A stretch of DNA of 62,981 nt, filler included, from 4 parts of 4 records of this genome joined end to end with filler, not necessarily neighbours in it, one strand, 5' to 3'; counted from the first letter of the whole stretch, positions 20,525 through 32,740 are shown. Made by a program: numbers and translations. The notes: generated by a model from the sequence alone, not told the origin.

Positions 20525-21751
20525 TTATAGAATCTCCATATCACTACTTTTTATCCAAATTTCAAATGGATCTTCAATTATATCATTAAAATCTTTTAAC
20601 AATTTGCCTGCTACTGCGCCGTCTAAAACCCTATGATCTGCAGAAAGGGTAGATTTGAGGGTATTTCCTACAATAACTTCATCATCGACAACAATAGGCT
20701 TTTTAATAATTTTACCTACAGCCAAAATAGAAGATTGAGGTGGGCTGATGATTGCGGCAAATTCACTGATACCATACATACCTAAATTAGATACTGTGAT
20801 CGAACCACCCGTATATTGCTCAGGTGTTAATGAGTTAGTTTTAGCTAATTTAGCAAGTTCTCTAATTTCACCTGATATTACATTAAGACCTTTCGAGTCA
20901 GCATTTTTAATTATAGGTGTAATCAAGCCTTCATCTATCGCCACAGCAACTGATACATCAATATCATTTAATTTATAAATTTTATCGTTTAGCCAATAAA
21001 CATTTGTGTTAGGATTTTTTTTCATCGCTAAACTTATAGCCTTAACTATTAAATCATTAAACGATACTTTAATTGAATTATTTTCATTAATTTTTTTTCT
21101 CAAATTAATTAGTTTATCAACATTTGACTCAACTGTTAGATAGAAATGAGGAATCTGTTGTTTTGCTTCCAGTGTGCGCTTAGCTATCACCTTTCTCATT
21201 GTGCTAGGGGTAGATATGTCTCCATTAAATGGAGTATTTTGAATTTCTTCAGCAATATTATTAGAGTCAATATCTCTTTTAATAATTCTGCCATCAGGTC
21301 CGGTACCATTAAATTTGCTTAAATCTAGATTATTTTCTTTAGCTATTTTTTTTACTAAAGGTGATGCCTTTAATCTATCATCATAATTTTGGGATTTACT
21401 ATTTTGAGAAATTTTAGCATCTAAGAATTGTTTAGGGTTTTTAATTTCTTCATCTTTTTTGTCTTCACTAGTGTTTTCAATCTTTTTTTTATTTTCTATA
21501 GATTCACTTTCTTCCCCATCAATGATTGCAATAACACTATTCACAGGTATTTGTTTATTTGCAGTATCTTCGAGTATATGTGTTATTTTACCTTCATCAA
21601 CTGCTTCAACTTCCATAGTCGCTTTGTCAGTTTCAATTTCTGCTATAATATCACCTGCCTTTACGGTATCACCAACTTTTACTAACCACTGGTTAATAAT
21701 ACCATCTGTCATAGTTGGCGATAAAGCCGGCATTAGTATTTTTGAAGACAT
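20525..21751 (-). CDS. pdhC: Pyruvate dehydrogenase E2, dihydrolipoamide acetyltransferase
   Basis: Lipoyl ETDKA, peripheral subunit-binding domain GTGPDGRI, catalytic DHRVLDGA. Confidence 0.95.
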   Translation of the reverse strand: MSSKILMPALSPTMTDGIINQWLVKVGDTVKAGDIIAEIETDKATMEVEAVDEGKITHILEDTANKQIPVNSVIAIIDGEESESIENKKKIENTSEDKKDEEIKNPKQFLDAKISQNSKSQNYDDRLKASPLVKKIAKENNLDLSKFNGTGPDGRIIKRDIDSNNIAEEIQNTPFNGDISTPSTMRKVIAKRTLEAKQQIPHFYLTVESNVDKLINLRKKINENNSIKVSFNDLIVKAISLAMKKNPNTNVYWLNDKIYKLNDIDVSVAVAIDEGLITPIIKNADSKGLNVISGEIRELAKLAKTNSLTPEQYTGGSITVSNLGMYGISEFAAIISPPQSSILAVGKIIKKPIVVDDEVIVGNTLKSTLSADHRVLDGAVAGKLLKDFNDIIEDPFEIWIKSSDMEIL

Positions 21752-21757
21752 AATATA

Positions 21758-23104
21758 TTAAATATAATTAACTTCTTTAACAGCTTTTACAATATCATCT
21801 ATTTGTGGGAGATATAACTTTTCTAATGAACTTGAATATGGCATGGGCACATCTGCACTATTTACCTTGATTATCGGAGCATCCAAATAATCAAAAGCAT
21901 TTTTTTGAACAATGTTTACTACTTCTGAGCCAATACTTGCGACTGGCCAAGACTCTTCGACAGTAACAATGCGATTAGTTTTTTTAACTGAATTTATGAT
22001 AGTTTCTGAGTCTAAAGGCCTTAAACTCTGAAGATCAATTACTTCTACATCTAAATCATACTCATTTTTCAAAATCTTTGCAGCTTCGAGTGATTTTTGA
22101 AGCATTATAGAATAAGTTACAACCGTTGTATCACTTCCTTCTTTGGCAATATTTGCCTTACCAAATGGTATCGTGAAATCATTATCAGATGAAACTTCTC
22201 CTTTAAGGCCGTAAAGAATTTCATTTTCAAGAAATATGACTGGATTTGGATCTCTTATTGCAGAACGTAATAAGCCCTTAGCATTTAATGGCGTTGATGG
22301 AGCCAGAACTTTTAATCCAGGGACTTGAGCATACCAAGATGAAAAATCTTGACTGTGTTGAGCTGCTACTTGAGATGCTGCACCATTTGGTCCTCGAAAA
22401 ACAATTGGGCAATTAATTTGACCTCCCGACATGTACAATGTTTTGGCAGCAGAGTTAATAATCTGATCAATTGCTTGCATAGAAAAATTAAAAGTCATAA
22501 ACTCTACAATAGGAGTCAATCCTTTAAAGGCGGCACCAACTGCCAGTCCTGTAAAGCCTTGCTCAGAGATAGGTGTATCGATTACTCTTTTTTCTCCAAA
22601 TTCTTCTAATAAGCCTTGAGTAACTTTATATGCTCCTTGATATTCAGCGACCTCCTCACCTAAAATAAATACTTTTTTATCTTTTCGCATTTCTTCTGCA
22701 ATAGTATCTCTAATAGCCTCTCTCATGGTAATATGTTCGTCATCAAGAACAACATCTTCTATTGGAGGTTGATTTTCATTTTGTTTAATCTCTTTTTTTT
22801 GTGTAGTTTTTTTTTCTTCAATAGAAACCTCAATTTGCTTTGTCCATTTTGATTTTGAACCTTGTTCATCTGAGATTAGGGCTATTGGTTTGTTAACGGG
22901 TATATTAACATCGCCTTCTTTGAATAATAATTTTTCAACAAATCCTTCATCAACTGCTTCAACCTCCATCGTTGCTTTATCAGTTTCAATTTCTGCTATT
23001 ACATCTCCTGCTTTCACCTGCTGACCTTCAGTTACTAGCCACTTAGTGAGGTTTCCCTCTGTCATAGTTGGAGACAGTGCTGGCATTAAAATCTCAATAC
23101 TCAT
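21758..23104 (-). CDS. pdhB: Pyruvate dehydrogenase E1 beta with N-terminal lipoyl domain
   Basis: ETDKA lipoyl domain, [26 protein letters not shown]. Confidence 0.96.
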   Translation of the reverse strand: MSIEILMPALSPTMTEGNLTKWLVTEGQQVKAGDVIAEIETDKATMEVEAVDEGFVEKLLFKEGDVNIPVNKPIALISDEQGSKSKWTKQIEVSIEEKKTTQKKEIKQNENQPPIEDVVLDDEHITMREAIRDTIAEEMRKDKKVFILGEEVAEYQGAYKVTQGLLEEFGEKRVIDTPISEQGFTGLAVGAAFKGLTPIVEFMTFNFSMQAIDQIINSAAKTLYMSGGQINCPIVFRGPNGAASQVAAQHSQDFSSWYAQVPGLKVLAPSTPLNAKGLLRSAIRDPNPVIFLENEILYGLKGEVSSDNDFTIPFGKANIAKEGSDTTVVTYSIMLQKSLEAAKILKNEYDLDVEVIDLQSLRPLDSETIINSVKKTNRIVTVEESWPVASIGSEVVNIVQKNAFDYLDAPIIKVNSADVPMPYSSSLEKLYLPQIDDIVKAVKEVNYI

Positions 23105-24066
23105 TAAAGATAGACGTCCGTATATAATTCATTATTATCAGGAAAATTACTTTCCAATGCAAAATCTGCAGCTGATTTAACTTCTTCAATTATTTCTTTT
23201 CCAATTTTATCCAACTCTTTATTTGATGCTATCTTCTTTTTTATTATTTCATCTTTTACAACTTCTATTGGATCAGAATTTTTGTATTCTTCTAACTCAG
23301 CTTTAGTTCTATATTTTGCGGGATCAGACATTGAATGACCTCTATAACGATAAGTTTGGACTTCAAGAATATAGGGGCCATTACCTGTTCTTACATAATC
23401 TCCTGCTTTCTCAGCAGCTTTAATGACCGAATACACATTCATGCCATCAACAATCTCACCCTTAATACCAAAAGCCTCACCTCTTTTATATAGATCAGAA
23501 CCAGCAGCAGCTCTTTCAACGGAGGTACCCATCCCATATTTATTATTTTCAATTATGTAAAGTGCAGGAAGTTTCCATAAAGAGGCTAAATTAAAAGCCT
23601 CAAATACTTGACCATTATTCATTGCCCCGTCACCAATATAAGTTCGGCAGATATTTTTATCTCCATTATATTTATGTGTAAAAGCTATGCCAGTTCCTAT
23701 TGGCACTTGCGCACCAACAATACCGTGACCTCCATAAAAATTATTTTCTTTAGAAAACATGTGCATAGAACCGCCTTTACCAGCAGAGTAACCATCTGCC
23801 CTTCCAGTTAATTCTGCCATGATTTTTTTGGGATCCAATCCTCTTGCTATCATATGACCATGATCTCTGTATGTAGTAACTACAGAGTCATTTTTTTTAA
23901 TTGTCATAAGAACACCTACGACTACTGCTTCTTGACCAATATATAAGTGACAAAAACCACCAATATGACCCATACCGTATAGCTGAGCTGAGCGTTCCTC
24001 AAAACGTCTAATTTTCAACATATAGGAATATATTTTTAAATGATCAGATTTAGTTAATTTTTTCAT
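23104..24066 (-). CDS. pdhA: Pyruvate dehydrogenase E1 alpha
   Basis: [16 protein letters not shown] ThDP motif, YRGHSMSDP. Confidence 0.96.
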   Translation of the reverse strand: MKKLTKSDHLKIYSYMLKIRRFEERSAQLYGMGHIGGFCHLYIGQEAVVVGVLMTIKKNDSVVTTYRDHGHMIARGLDPKKIMAELTGRADGYSAGKGGSMHMFSKENNFYGGHGIVGAQVPIGTGIAFTHKYNGDKNICRTYIGDGAMNNGQVFEAFNLASLWKLPALYIIENNKYGMGTSVERAAAGSDLYKRGEAFGIKGEIVDGMNVYSVIKAAEKAGDYVRTGNGPYILEVQTYRYRGHSMSDPAKYRTKAELEEYKNSDPIEVVKDEIIKKKIASNKELDKIGKEIIEEVKSAADFALESNFPDNNELYTDVYL

Positions 24067-24117
24067 TTGTAAATTTTTGTAAATTTTTTAATATTAGTTT
24101 GTAAATTTTTGTCAATT
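24066..24117 (-). promoter_or_regulatory. Two tandem pairs of a 10-bp repeat (AATTTACAAA, first copy AATTGACAAA containing a TTGACA -35-like hexamer) upstream of pdhA
   Basis: Plus strand TTTGTAAATT at 24066, 24076, 24098 and TTTGTCAATT at 24108. Confidence 0.6.
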
Positions 24118-24122
24118 ATTTA

Positions 24123-24434
24123 TTAATCTAAAATAATAACAATTTCATTTTTATCAATCAAACCAAGCTTTTTTCTTACTTGTTCATCCAAAAAATCTAG
24201 ATCTACAGTATTAGGCTGCAATTTCTTTATTCGACTGCTCATATATTTATTTTCCGAAGTTAATTGGGCAAGTTTCTCGTTATATTCATGATTTTGCTGT
24301 GAGAGATAGAAGTATTGAAGAAGCCCTCTTTGACCATAAACTAAAAAATAAACTAGATATAAGAAAATAAAAAAAGTAATTAAAAAAGTAAAGTATAAAA
24401 TTATCCTATTCTTTAAAATTACAGATTTATTCAT
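24123..24434 (-). CDS. ftsB: Septum formation initiator FtsB/DivIC
   Basis: TM helix, GQRGL, coiled coil, DLDFLDEQVRKKLG; eno-ftsB-pdhA synteny. Confidence 0.85.
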   Translation of the reverse strand: MNKSVILKNRIILYFTFLITFFIFLYLVYFLVYGQRGLLQYFYLSQQNHEYNEKLAQLTSENKYMSSRIKKLQPNTVDLDFLDEQVRKKLGLIDKNEIVIILD

Positions 24435-24469
24435 ATTAAATTTATTTATTCAGAAATTGATCGTATGTG

Positions 24470-25747
24470 TCAATATTTAAGAATCGACTTACCAGCATAC
24501 TTGGCGCTGGATCCAAGTTTTTCTTCAATTCTTAATAATTGATTATATTTAGCTGTTCTGTCTGTTCTTGACAAAGATCCTGTTTTTATCTGTCCTGCAG
24601 AAACAGCAACAGACAAATCTGCTATAGTTGTATCTTCTGTTTCACCAGATCGATGAGAAATAATTGAGGAAAAATTATTTTCTTTTCCAAGATTTATTGC
24701 ATCAATCGTTTCGGATAAGGTTCCTATTTGATTTAATTTTACTAAAATTGCGTTTCCTGCTTTTTTATCAATACCAGTTTGTAACCTTTTTATATTTGTC
24801 ACAAAAAGATCATCTCCTACTAGTTGAAGTTTATTGCCAATTTTTTTTGTTAACTCTATCCAACCCTCCCAATCATCTTCTGACATTCCGTCCTCAATAG
24901 AATAAATAGGAAAATTACTCGATAAGTTTTCTAAATATTCAACCATTTCTTTGGAAGATAGAGTTTTACCTTCACCTTTTAACTCATATTTATTATCTCT
25001 ATAAAATTCTGTTGATGCTACATCTAAAGATAAAAGAATATCATCATTAATTTTTAAGCCAGCTTTTTCAACAGCACTTATAATTATTTCAATAACTTCA
25101 GCTGAACTATTTATATTGGGAGCAAATCCACCTTCATCACCTACATTAGTATTTAAATTTTTTGATTTTAAAATTGATTTTAATGAATGAAAAATTTCAC
25201 AACCGTAGCGCAAGGCTTCAGAAAAATTAGGAGCACCAACAGGAGCAATCATAAATTCCTGAATATCAACGTCATTATCAGCATGTGAACCTCCATTAAC
25301 AATATTCATCATAGGAACAGGCAATATATATTCTTCACTTTCTGATATAAATTCGAAAAAATCTTTTGTGGAATGACTAGATAAACTTTTTGCAAAGGCT
25401 AAACTTACCGCAAGAGTTGCATTAGCGCCAATTTTGGATTTATTTTCTGTATTATCCAATTCTATGATAGCTTTATCAAAAGCTCTATAACCCTCAAATT
25501 GCTTGTTAATAATTTCTTTATTAACTAATTCATTAATATTTTGGATAGCTTTTTTGACACCCTTACCTAGATACCGATTTTTATTACCGTCTCTCAACTC
25601 CAAAGCTTCATGAATACCAGTAGAAGCTCCACTTGGCACAGCCGCTCTACCAAAAGACCCATCTTCTAAAACAACATCACATTCAACTGTTGGATTTCCT
25701 CTGCTATCTAAAATTTCTCTTGCATGAATTTTTTTTATCTTTTCCAT
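24470..25747 (-). CDS. eno: Enolase
   Basis: [34 protein letters not shown]. Confidence 0.98.
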   Translation of the reverse strand: MEKIKKIHAREILDSRGNPTVECDVVLEDGSFGRAAVPSGASTGIHEALELRDGNKNRYLGKGVKKAIQNINELVNKEIINKQFEGYRAFDKAIIELDNTENKSKIGANATLAVSLAFAKSLSSHSTKDFFEFISESEEYILPVPMMNIVNGGSHADNDVDIQEFMIAPVGAPNFSEALRYGCEIFHSLKSILKSKNLNTNVGDEGGFAPNINSSAEVIEIIISAVEKAGLKINDDILLSLDVASTEFYRDNKYELKGEGKTLSSKEMVEYLENLSSNFPIYSIEDGMSEDDWEGWIELTKKIGNKLQLVGDDLFVTNIKRLQTGIDKKAGNAILVKLNQIGTLSETIDAINLGKENNFSSIISHRSGETEDTTIADLSVAVSAGQIKTGSLSRTDRTAKYNQLLRIEEKLGSSAKYAGKSILKY

Positions 25748-25784
25748 TACTACCTTTCTATATTAATAAACTTTTTATAAAAAA

Positions 25785-26609
25785 TTATTTTTTTGTAATA
25801 TTGTCAAATTCAATTAAATCTGAAATTAAATTTTCCAAATTTTCTATATTTAACATATTTGGACCATCACTAGGTGCGTTGTCAGGATCATTATGTGTTT
25901 CAATAAAAATACCAGCAACACCTACTGCTGCTGCGGCTTTTGATAGAGTGGACACAAATTCTCTTTTTCCACCACTTGTTTCACCCAATCCTCCTGGCTC
26001 CTGAACCGAATGAGTAGCATCAAAAATAACAGGGTAGGAAAAACTTTTCATCACATCTAAAGATTTAAAATCATTTATTAAGTTATTGTAACCAAAAGAA
26101 GTTCCTCTTTCAGTAATCATAATTTTATTATTACCTTCGCTTTCAATTTTTTTAAATATATTAGGTACTTCATACGGTGATAAAAACTGACCTTTTTTTA
26201 CATTAATAATTTTATTAGTTTTTGCTGCTGATACTAATAAATCAGTTTGCCTGCATAAAAAAGCTGGTATTTGAAGCACATCAACATTCTCAGATTTTGC
26301 AAAAAACTTACACTGAGCTTCGTTATGCACATCTGTGAGTATTGGACAATTAAATGAAGATTTTATTTTTTCAAAAATTTTATCTGCTTCACTTATTGAG
26401 ATTCCCCTTTTACTATTTATGCTTGATCTATTGGCTTTATCAAAACTAGATTTATAAATAAATTTAATTTTAAGTTTTAGACAAATATTTGTAATTTTTT
26501 CTGCCATCATTAGAGAATGTTGTTCACTTTCAATAACACATGGGCCAGCAATTAATATTAATTGATTATTATTTGAGATTTGAAAATCTGCTAGGTTAAT
26601 TATTTTCAT
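25785..26609 (-). CDS. kdsA: KDO8P synthase
   Basis: AGPCVIES, FDKANRSS, QIPAFLCRQTDL, DATHSVQ. Confidence 0.96.
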   Translation of the reverse strand: MKIINLADFQISNNNQLILIAGPCVIESEQHSLMMAEKITNICLKLKIKFIYKSSFDKANRSSINSKRGISISEADKIFEKIKSSFNCPILTDVHNEAQCKFFAKSENVDVLQIPAFLCRQTDLLVSAAKTNKIINVKKGQFLSPYEVPNIFKKIESEGNNKIMITERGTSFGYNNLINDFKSLDVMKSFSYPVIFDATHSVQEPGGLGETSGGKREFVSTLSKAAAAVGVAGIFIETHNDPDNAPSDGPNMLNIENLENLISDLIEFDNITKK

Positions 26610-28076
26610 TTAATACAATGTTTAATAAATGAAGAAAATAAAGGATGGGGAGCTAAAGGTCTAGATTTTAATTCTGGATGAAATTGAACTCCAATAAACC
26701 ATTTGTGATTAAAACTTTCTAATACCTCAGGGAGAATATTATCTGGGGACATTCCAGAAAAATAGAAACCTTTTTGTTCAAAATCCTTTGTATATGATAG
26801 GTCTACTTCATATCTATGTCTGTGCCTTTCAGAGATTTCATCTGAATTATAGATATTATGTATTTTAGATCCTTTTTTTAATATGGCCATATAAGAACCT
26901 AATCTCATAGTGCCCCCCTTATCACTTGTAAGATCTCTTTTTTCAGTTTTATTTTCATTATTCCATTCCGTCATTAGACTTACAACAGGATTGTTAGATG
27001 CTTTAAACTCTGTAGAATTAGAGTCTTGTTTACCCATTAAATTTCTTGCTATCTCAATTACACTTAATTGCATACCTAAACATATTCCAAAAAAGGGAAT
27101 ATTGTTTTCTCTAGCAAACTTAATAGCTTGTATTTTCCCCTCAACGCCTCTGTACCCAAATCCACCAGGAATAAGAATGCCATCAACATTTTTCAATTCA
27201 TTTATGAGTTGATCGGTTTCAATTTTTTCAGCATTGATCCATTCAATTTTTACTTTTACGTTATTCTCAATACCTCCATGAGTTAATGCCTCAATTAAAG
27301 ACTTATAACTATCTTTGAGATTTGTGTATTTTCCAACAACACCTATTGTAACTTCTTTTTGTAACTTATTAATTTTATTAATTAAATTTTCCCATGCCTC
27401 TAAATTAAGTGGGTATTCACTTGGGTTATATCCTAAATGTTCAAGTAATACTCTATCAAGACCTACTTTTGAATATATAGAAGGCACTTCATAAATAGAT
27501 TTTGCATTTAAAGCAGGAATAACAGAGTCTTTTTTAACATTACAAAATTGTGATATTTTTTCAAGAGACTCTTCATTTATGTCTTTTTCACATCTACACA
27601 TTATCATATCAGGCTGTATTCCTGAGTTAAGTAATTCTTTAACAGAATGCTGAGTTGGTTTAGTCTTTAATTCGCCTGCGGATGATAGGAATGGTACATA
27701 GGTCATATGAATTAAAGCAGAAGAAATATTTTTATCATTTCTAATTTGCCTAATAGCTTCTAAAAAAGGGAGAGATTCTATATCTCCAACTGTTCCCCCT
27801 ATTTCATATATAATAATATCTTCATCTTCTTTTCCACTATTTATAAAAAGTTTAATTTCATCAGTTACATGAGGTATGACTTGAATAGTGGCTCCTAAAT
27901 AATCACCTTTTCTCTCCTTTTTTAAAACATTTGAATATATTCTTCCTGATGAAGTGCTATCAGTTTTCTTAGCAGACCTATTAGTAAATCTTTCGTAATG
28001 ACCAAGATCAAGGTCAGTTTCAGCACCATCATCAGTTACAAAAACCTCACCGTGTTGATATGGACTCATTGTTCCA
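26606..28076 (-). CDS. pyrG: CTP synthase (5' truncated at contig end)
   Basis: MSPYQHGEVFVTDDGAETDLDLGHYERF, GICLGMQ, QFHPE; N-terminus missing. Confidence 0.96.
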
Positions 28077-28176
28077 NNNNNNNNNNNNNNNNNNNNNNNN
28101 NNNNNNNNNNNNNNNNNNNNTTAATTAATTAANNNNNNNNNNNNNNNNNNNNNNNNNNNNNNNNNNNNNNNNNNNN
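28077..28176. other. Artificial contig linker
   Basis: N44-TTAATTAATTAA-N44; genes on both sides are truncated. Confidence 0.98.
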
Positions 28177-28744
28177 CTTCTTGCCAAGACTCCATTGCTT
28201 TACTATGTTTTTCCCAAAAATTTTCAGGTAACTCATATATTCCTGTATGAAGTAATTCCGCATCAGCCATTACTTTGTCATTAAAATAATCTTGAGCGGG
28301 GATTCCTAAAGCACGTGCTTTTATTCGTATATTGAAATCTTTTGAAACTAAAATAACGTCTGTATTTTTTAAATTATTTTTTAAATTAACAACAACACTT
28401 AAAATTTGGTTATCTGCTTTTACTCCTGCCAGGATTGGCAAATCATAGCTAATGGTTTCTGTTTGTAAAAATAGATTCCCATCAACGTGTGGATTTGTTT
28501 TTGATTTCAAAGTACAACCATTTTTAAGATCTGAAGCAGGACCGATAATTTCCTCTAAAAGCCGATGAGTTTGTCTGGCATTTCTGGCCACTTCAGAGCT
28601 ACCTTTTTTATTATTATCTAGTTCTTCAATCGTAACCATAGGCAGATAAATATCATGTTCCTCAAAACGAAATAGACTCGATGGGTCATGGAGAAGGACA
28701 TTAGTGTCTAGGACAAAAACTTTTTTGGTATTCTTTATAGCCAT
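28177..28744 (-). CDS. PIN-domain PhoH family protein (3' truncated)
   Basis: FVLDTNVLLHDP, EELD, ADNQIL, VSKDFNIRIKARALG PIN motifs. Confidence 0.88.
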
Positions 28745-28757
28745 TTAAACTTTTTAC

Positions 28758-29219
28758 TTATGAAATTGAGCTTAAAACTTCGTCAGCATGACCAGGGACT
28801 TTAAGGCCACGCCATTCTTTTATAAGGATGCCTTCTGGATCAATTAGAAAAGTACTTCTTTCAATACCCTGAACTTGTTTACCGTACATATTTTTCATTT
28901 TTATAACATCAAATAAAGCACATGCGACTTCTTCAGAATCACTTAATAGCTCAAAAGGAAAACTATATTTTTTTTTAAATTTTTCATGTGAATTTATACT
29001 ATCTCTTGAAATACCAAAAATTTCTACATTCTTTTTTTGAAAATCTCCATACAGGTTTGTGAAATCGATACCTTCATTTGTGCAACCAGGAGTAGAATCT
29101 CTTGGATAAAAATATAAAACAACGGTCTTTCCTAAAAAATTGCTTAAAGAAAATTCAGTTCCACCTGTTCCAGGAAGACTAAAATTTGTCACTGATTTAT
29201 TAATTTCTACTTTACTCAT
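28758..29219 (-). CDS. bcp: Peroxiredoxin Bcp/PrxQ
   Basis: YFYPRDSTPGCTNE, ERSTFLID. Confidence 0.92.
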   Translation of the reverse strand: MSKVEINKSVTNFSLPGTGGTEFSLSNFLGKTVVLYFYPRDSTPGCTNEGIDFTNLYGDFQKKNVEIFGISRDSINSHEKFKKKYSFPFELLSDSEEVACALFDVIKMKNMYGKQVQGIERSTFLIDPEGILIKEWRGLKVPGHADEVLSSIS

Positions 29220-29297
29220 ATTTATCTGACCTTTTAATTTTTTTGAAGTTTAAAAAATGATTAAACATTAACTTGATTATATCCTAGAGATGTTTTC

Positions 29298-30572
29298 TTA
29301 GACTAGACCTTCCATTAATTGAATATTAACAAAATCATCAACCTTAATTGATTTTTGGTTGATATCTAAAACTATTAAGCAATTTGCCTTGCTCATTGAA
29401 CTAAGAATCGCTGATCCTTGATATGGAGTAGGTTTGACAGATAATTCTCCATTTTTAGAGGTATAAAAACCTCTTTGGAATTCCATTCTTCCGGCTCTTT
29501 TTGTAATAGGTGAGATACATTTAGCTTTTAATAATATGGGAAGTTTGTAATTATCTTGACCCATTAGATATTTAAGGGCGGGTTGAACTAATTGGTAAAA
29601 TGTAATCATTGCAGCAACTGGATTTCCAGGCAGACCAAAATAAGGAGTGTTTTTAAATGCGCCATAAGCCATGGGCCTTCCTGGTTTTATGGATAGCTTC
29701 CAAAATAATACTTTTCCTATTTTTTTTAAAATATCTTTCATATAATCTGCTTTTCCCACAGAAACTCCTCCTGTAGTAATGATGGCATCAGATAATTTTT
29801 CAGCAGCTTTCAATGTTTTTTCTATTATTTTTTTTTCATCAGGAATTATGCCTAAATCAATATATTGAACATTTATTCTTTTTAACATGGATTGAATTGT
29901 AAAGTGATTACTATCGTATACTTGTCCAATTTTAATTGAAGATCCAGCTTTTACTACTTCATCGCCTGTTGAAAAAAAAGCAACTCTTAGTTTTTTAAAA
30001 ACTTTGACTTTGCTAATACCAATAGAAGCAATTAGTCCAACTTCAGCAGGTCTTAAGAATGATCCTTTTTTAAGAACCTCACCATTCTTTTTTATATCCT
30101 CTCCTAATTTTCGAATATTTGCTCCTTTTTTTGGAATTTCGTTCACAAAAATAGTATTATTTTCTTGCTTAACAAGCTCGAATGGTAAAACTGTATCTGT
30201 GCCTTCAGGAATTTTAGATCCTGTCATTACTTGAGCTGCAAAACCTGGTTTAATTTTTTGTTTTGATAAATTACCAGCTAAAATTGTTGAAGCAATTTTA
30301 AGGTTATTATCTTTTTTTAAGGAACTTAAATTAAAGGCAAAACCATCCATCGCTGAATTATTGTAATTAGGAACATTGATTTTAGATATTAAGGTTTCAG
30401 CTAAGATTCTATCAAGTGCATCTTCAGTTTTTACATATTCTGTTTTTAAACTTACTTTCAAAAATTGACGTATATATTTTCTTGCTTTATCGATAGTCAT
30501 TGCATTAGGATCATATTCTGATAAACATCCGGGATCTTTGGCTAAGCTTTCTAAAGAAATTATTTTTTTCAT
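29298..30572 (-). CDS. moeA: Molybdopterin molybdotransferase
   Basis: SAMDGFA, FSTGDE, TGGVSVG, KPGRP, LPGNPVA. Confidence 0.95.
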   Translation of the reverse strand: MKKIISLESLAKDPGCLSEYDPNAMTIDKARKYIRQFLKVSLKTEYVKTEDALDRILAETLISKINVPNYNNSAMDGFAFNLSSLKKDNNLKIASTILAGNLSKQKIKPGFAAQVMTGSKIPEGTDTVLPFELVKQENNTIFVNEIPKKGANIRKLGEDIKKNGEVLKKGSFLRPAEVGLIASIGISKVKVFKKLRVAFFSTGDEVVKAGSSIKIGQVYDSNHFTIQSMLKRINVQYIDLGIIPDEKKIIEKTLKAAEKLSDAIITTGGVSVGKADYMKDILKKIGKVLFWKLSIKPGRPMAYGAFKNTPYFGLPGNPVAAMITFYQLVQPALKYLMGQDNYKLPILLKAKCISPITKRAGRMEFQRGFYTSKNGELSVKPTPYQGSAILSSMSKANCLIVLDINQKSIKVDDFVNIQLMEGLV

Positions 30573-31075
30573 TTTTTTATCAATTTAATTACAAACTCAC
30601 TAATCTTATCTAAATCATTAAAACTAAATGATGGAATATTATATTTAACATCCTCATCGGAGATAACACCAATTATATTAGTGTCATTCATAAATAATTG
30701 AATTTTAGATACTTGTTTCCGAAAAACTTCAATTTTTGGTATTTGCATGTTTTTTAATCCTTCAACCAAAATTATATCTGTGGGTTCATTAATTTGCCTA
30801 AGAACATTTTCCAAATTAAAATTTTTTTCTTTACTTTCAGTAATTAAAGCTGCTCGCTCATGATTAAAAATTAAAGTTTGTTTTGCACCCGATTCTCTTA
30901 TTCTGAAGCTATCTTTTCCTGGCTTATCAATATCAAAATTATGATGTGCATGTTTGATAGCAGAAACCGAATATCCTTTTTTTTTCAGTTTAGGGATAAG
31001 CTTTTCAATGACATATGTTTTTCCAGAACCACTGTTTGCTGCACAAATTCCAAGAACAAATGGTTTACTATGCAT
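30569..31075 (-). CDS. mobB: Molybdopterin-guanine dinucleotide biosynthesis protein B
   Basis: SGSGKT, IKHAHHNFDID.PGKDS, ILVEG. Confidence 0.92.
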   Translation of the reverse strand: MHSKPFVLGICAANSGSGKTYVIEKLIPKLKKKGYSVSAIKHAHHNFDIDKPGKDSFRIRESGAKQTLIFNHERAALITESKEKNFNLENVLRQINEPTDIILVEGLKNMQIPKIEVFRKQVSKIQLFMNDTNIIGVISDEDVKYNIPSFSFNDLDKISEFVIKLIKK

Positions 31076-31643
31076 AATTTTGCCTATATTTTTGTAAATC
31101 AGTCATTTTGTTAATATTAATAAATGCATCTTTTTCATTAAAATCAATGGTTTTGAAACTATTTGATCTTATCCATAACTCAAGCTTTCTTTCTCCCGAA
31201 GAAATGAAGTCCTTAAGACTATTTAACATCTCTTTATGACAAAGTAAAAAAACAGGTTCTAATTTTCCGTTTGATGATGGAAGTATTATCTTAGGATTTG
31301 TTTTTCCGATACAGGTGCTTAATTTTGTCACTAAGTTTTCTGGAAAAAAAGGAGTATCATTTGGACAAAATTGAACCCAGTCATATTTTGATTGACTTAA
31401 TCCTGAATATATTCCAGCTGCAGGACCTAATTGACCTGGAAGAATATCACCAAACTGAATAGTTTCAGGAAAAATGCTCAGAATTTCATTTGAGTTGATA
31501 CTCAATTTTTTTACTTGTTTTTTCAATCTATTAAAAACATGTTCAATTAAAGGTTTTTTATTTAACAAAACAAGTGATTTATTTTGTCCCATGCGAGAGG
31601 ATTTTCCACCAGCTAAAATGACTCCCTCTATCTCTATGTTCAA
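31068..31643 (-). CDS. mobA: Molybdenum cofactor guanylyltransferase
   Basis: VILAGGKSSRMG, GPAAGI, DTPF, FININ. Confidence 0.92.
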   Translation of the reverse strand: MNIEIEGVILAGGKSSRMGQNKSLVLLNKKPLIEHVFNRLKKQVKKLSINSNEILSIFPETIQFGDILPGQLGPAAGIYSGLSQSKYDWVQFCPNDTPFFPENLVTKLSTCIGKTNPKIILPSSNGKLEPVFLLCHKEMLNSLKDFISSGERKLELWIRSNSFKTIDFNEKDAFININKMTDLQKYRQNYA

Positions 31644-32636
31644 TTATCCACCTGTATGAGACATAAATCTTACAACGGCAGGTTGCGCATCAGCTAAGTC
31701 GAAATTGTGAGATTTTGGCTTAATTGACATACTATTTAGTATAGCTTCTTTAAGTGGCTCATCGTTATTTGGAAAAGATCTAATCAGAGGCATTAGATCA
31801 ATTTTTGTATCATGCCCTAGGCAAAGAAAAAGCTCTCCCTTGCACGAGATTCTTACACGATTACAATTTTCGCAAAAATTATGACTATGGGGAGAAATTA
31901 AACCAATTTTTGTTTGTGTGTTTTTAATACTGAAGTATTCTGCAGGCCCACTTGTCGATATATTTGATTTTGATAGTAAATATTTTTCTTTTAATTTTAA
32001 TAAAATATCATCATTATTAACTGAAGTTGATTTTCTATCATATGCCGTATGACCAAGCGGCATTTCTTCGATAAATGAAATATCAAGATAATATTTAATT
32101 GCATAATCAACTAAACTATAAATCTCTTCCTCATTAAGATTTTTCATTAGAACTGTATTTAACTTTATTTTATCAAAACCAACATCTATTGCAGCATGAA
32201 TACCATCAAGAACTTTTTGTAAGTCACCTGTTCTTGTCAGTTTTTTAAATGTAATGGGATTGAGACTATCTAGACTTATATTTATTCTTTTAACGCCAGC
32301 CTTTTTTAGCATCATTGACTTACTCTTAAGCTGGCTTCCATTAGTAGTCAATGTAATTTCATCAAGCGCATCTATTCTTCCTATTGATTTGAATAATTTA
32401 TCAATATCTTTTCGAACAAGAGGCTCTCCTCCAGTGATCCTGACTTTTTTTACACCTAATTCAGTAAAAACTTTGATCACTCTCTCTATTTCTTCAAGCG
32501 AAAGTACAGTTGACCTGGGTAGGAAGGTCATTTTTTCTGACATACAATATACACATCTAAAATCACATCTATCTGTGACTGATACTCTTATGTAATCTAT
32601 CTTTCTATTGAACTGATCTATAAGTTGCATTGTCAC
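31644..32636 (-). CDS. moaA: GTP 3',8-cyclase
   Basis: CDFRCVYC radical SAM motif, FCENCNRVR..C, C-terminal GG. Confidence 0.96.
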   Translation of the reverse strand: MTMQLIDQFNRKIDYIRVSVTDRCDFRCVYCMSEKMTFLPRSTVLSLEEIERVIKVFTELGVKKVRITGGEPLVRKDIDKLFKSIGRIDALDEITLTTNGSQLKSKSMMLKKAGVKRINISLDSLNPITFKKLTRTGDLQKVLDGIHAAIDVGFDKIKLNTVLMKNLNEEEIYSLVDYAIKYYLDISFIEEMPLGHTAYDRKSTSVNNDDILLKLKEKYLLSKSNISTSGPAEYFSIKNTQTKIGLISPHSHNFCENCNRVRISCKGELFLCLGHDTKIDLMPLIRSFPNNDEPLKEAILNSMSIKPKSHNFDLADAQPAVVRFMSHTGG

Positions 32637-32740
32637 AATATTATATTAAAACTAAAACAATTTTTAGAATTTTATAAAAATTTAAAACTTAAAGTATAAT
32701 GAGACAGTCAATTTTAAGATTTCCAATAAAAATTTATTAA

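Noticed and set aside
21600-23104. Near-duplicate DNA at the 5' ends of pdhB and pdhC
   Set aside because: Homologous lipoyl domains, an established alphaproteobacterial feature
28121-28132. TTAATTAATTAA palindrome recurring three times
   Set aside because: Embedded in N-runs; a synthetic all-frame stop linker, not biological
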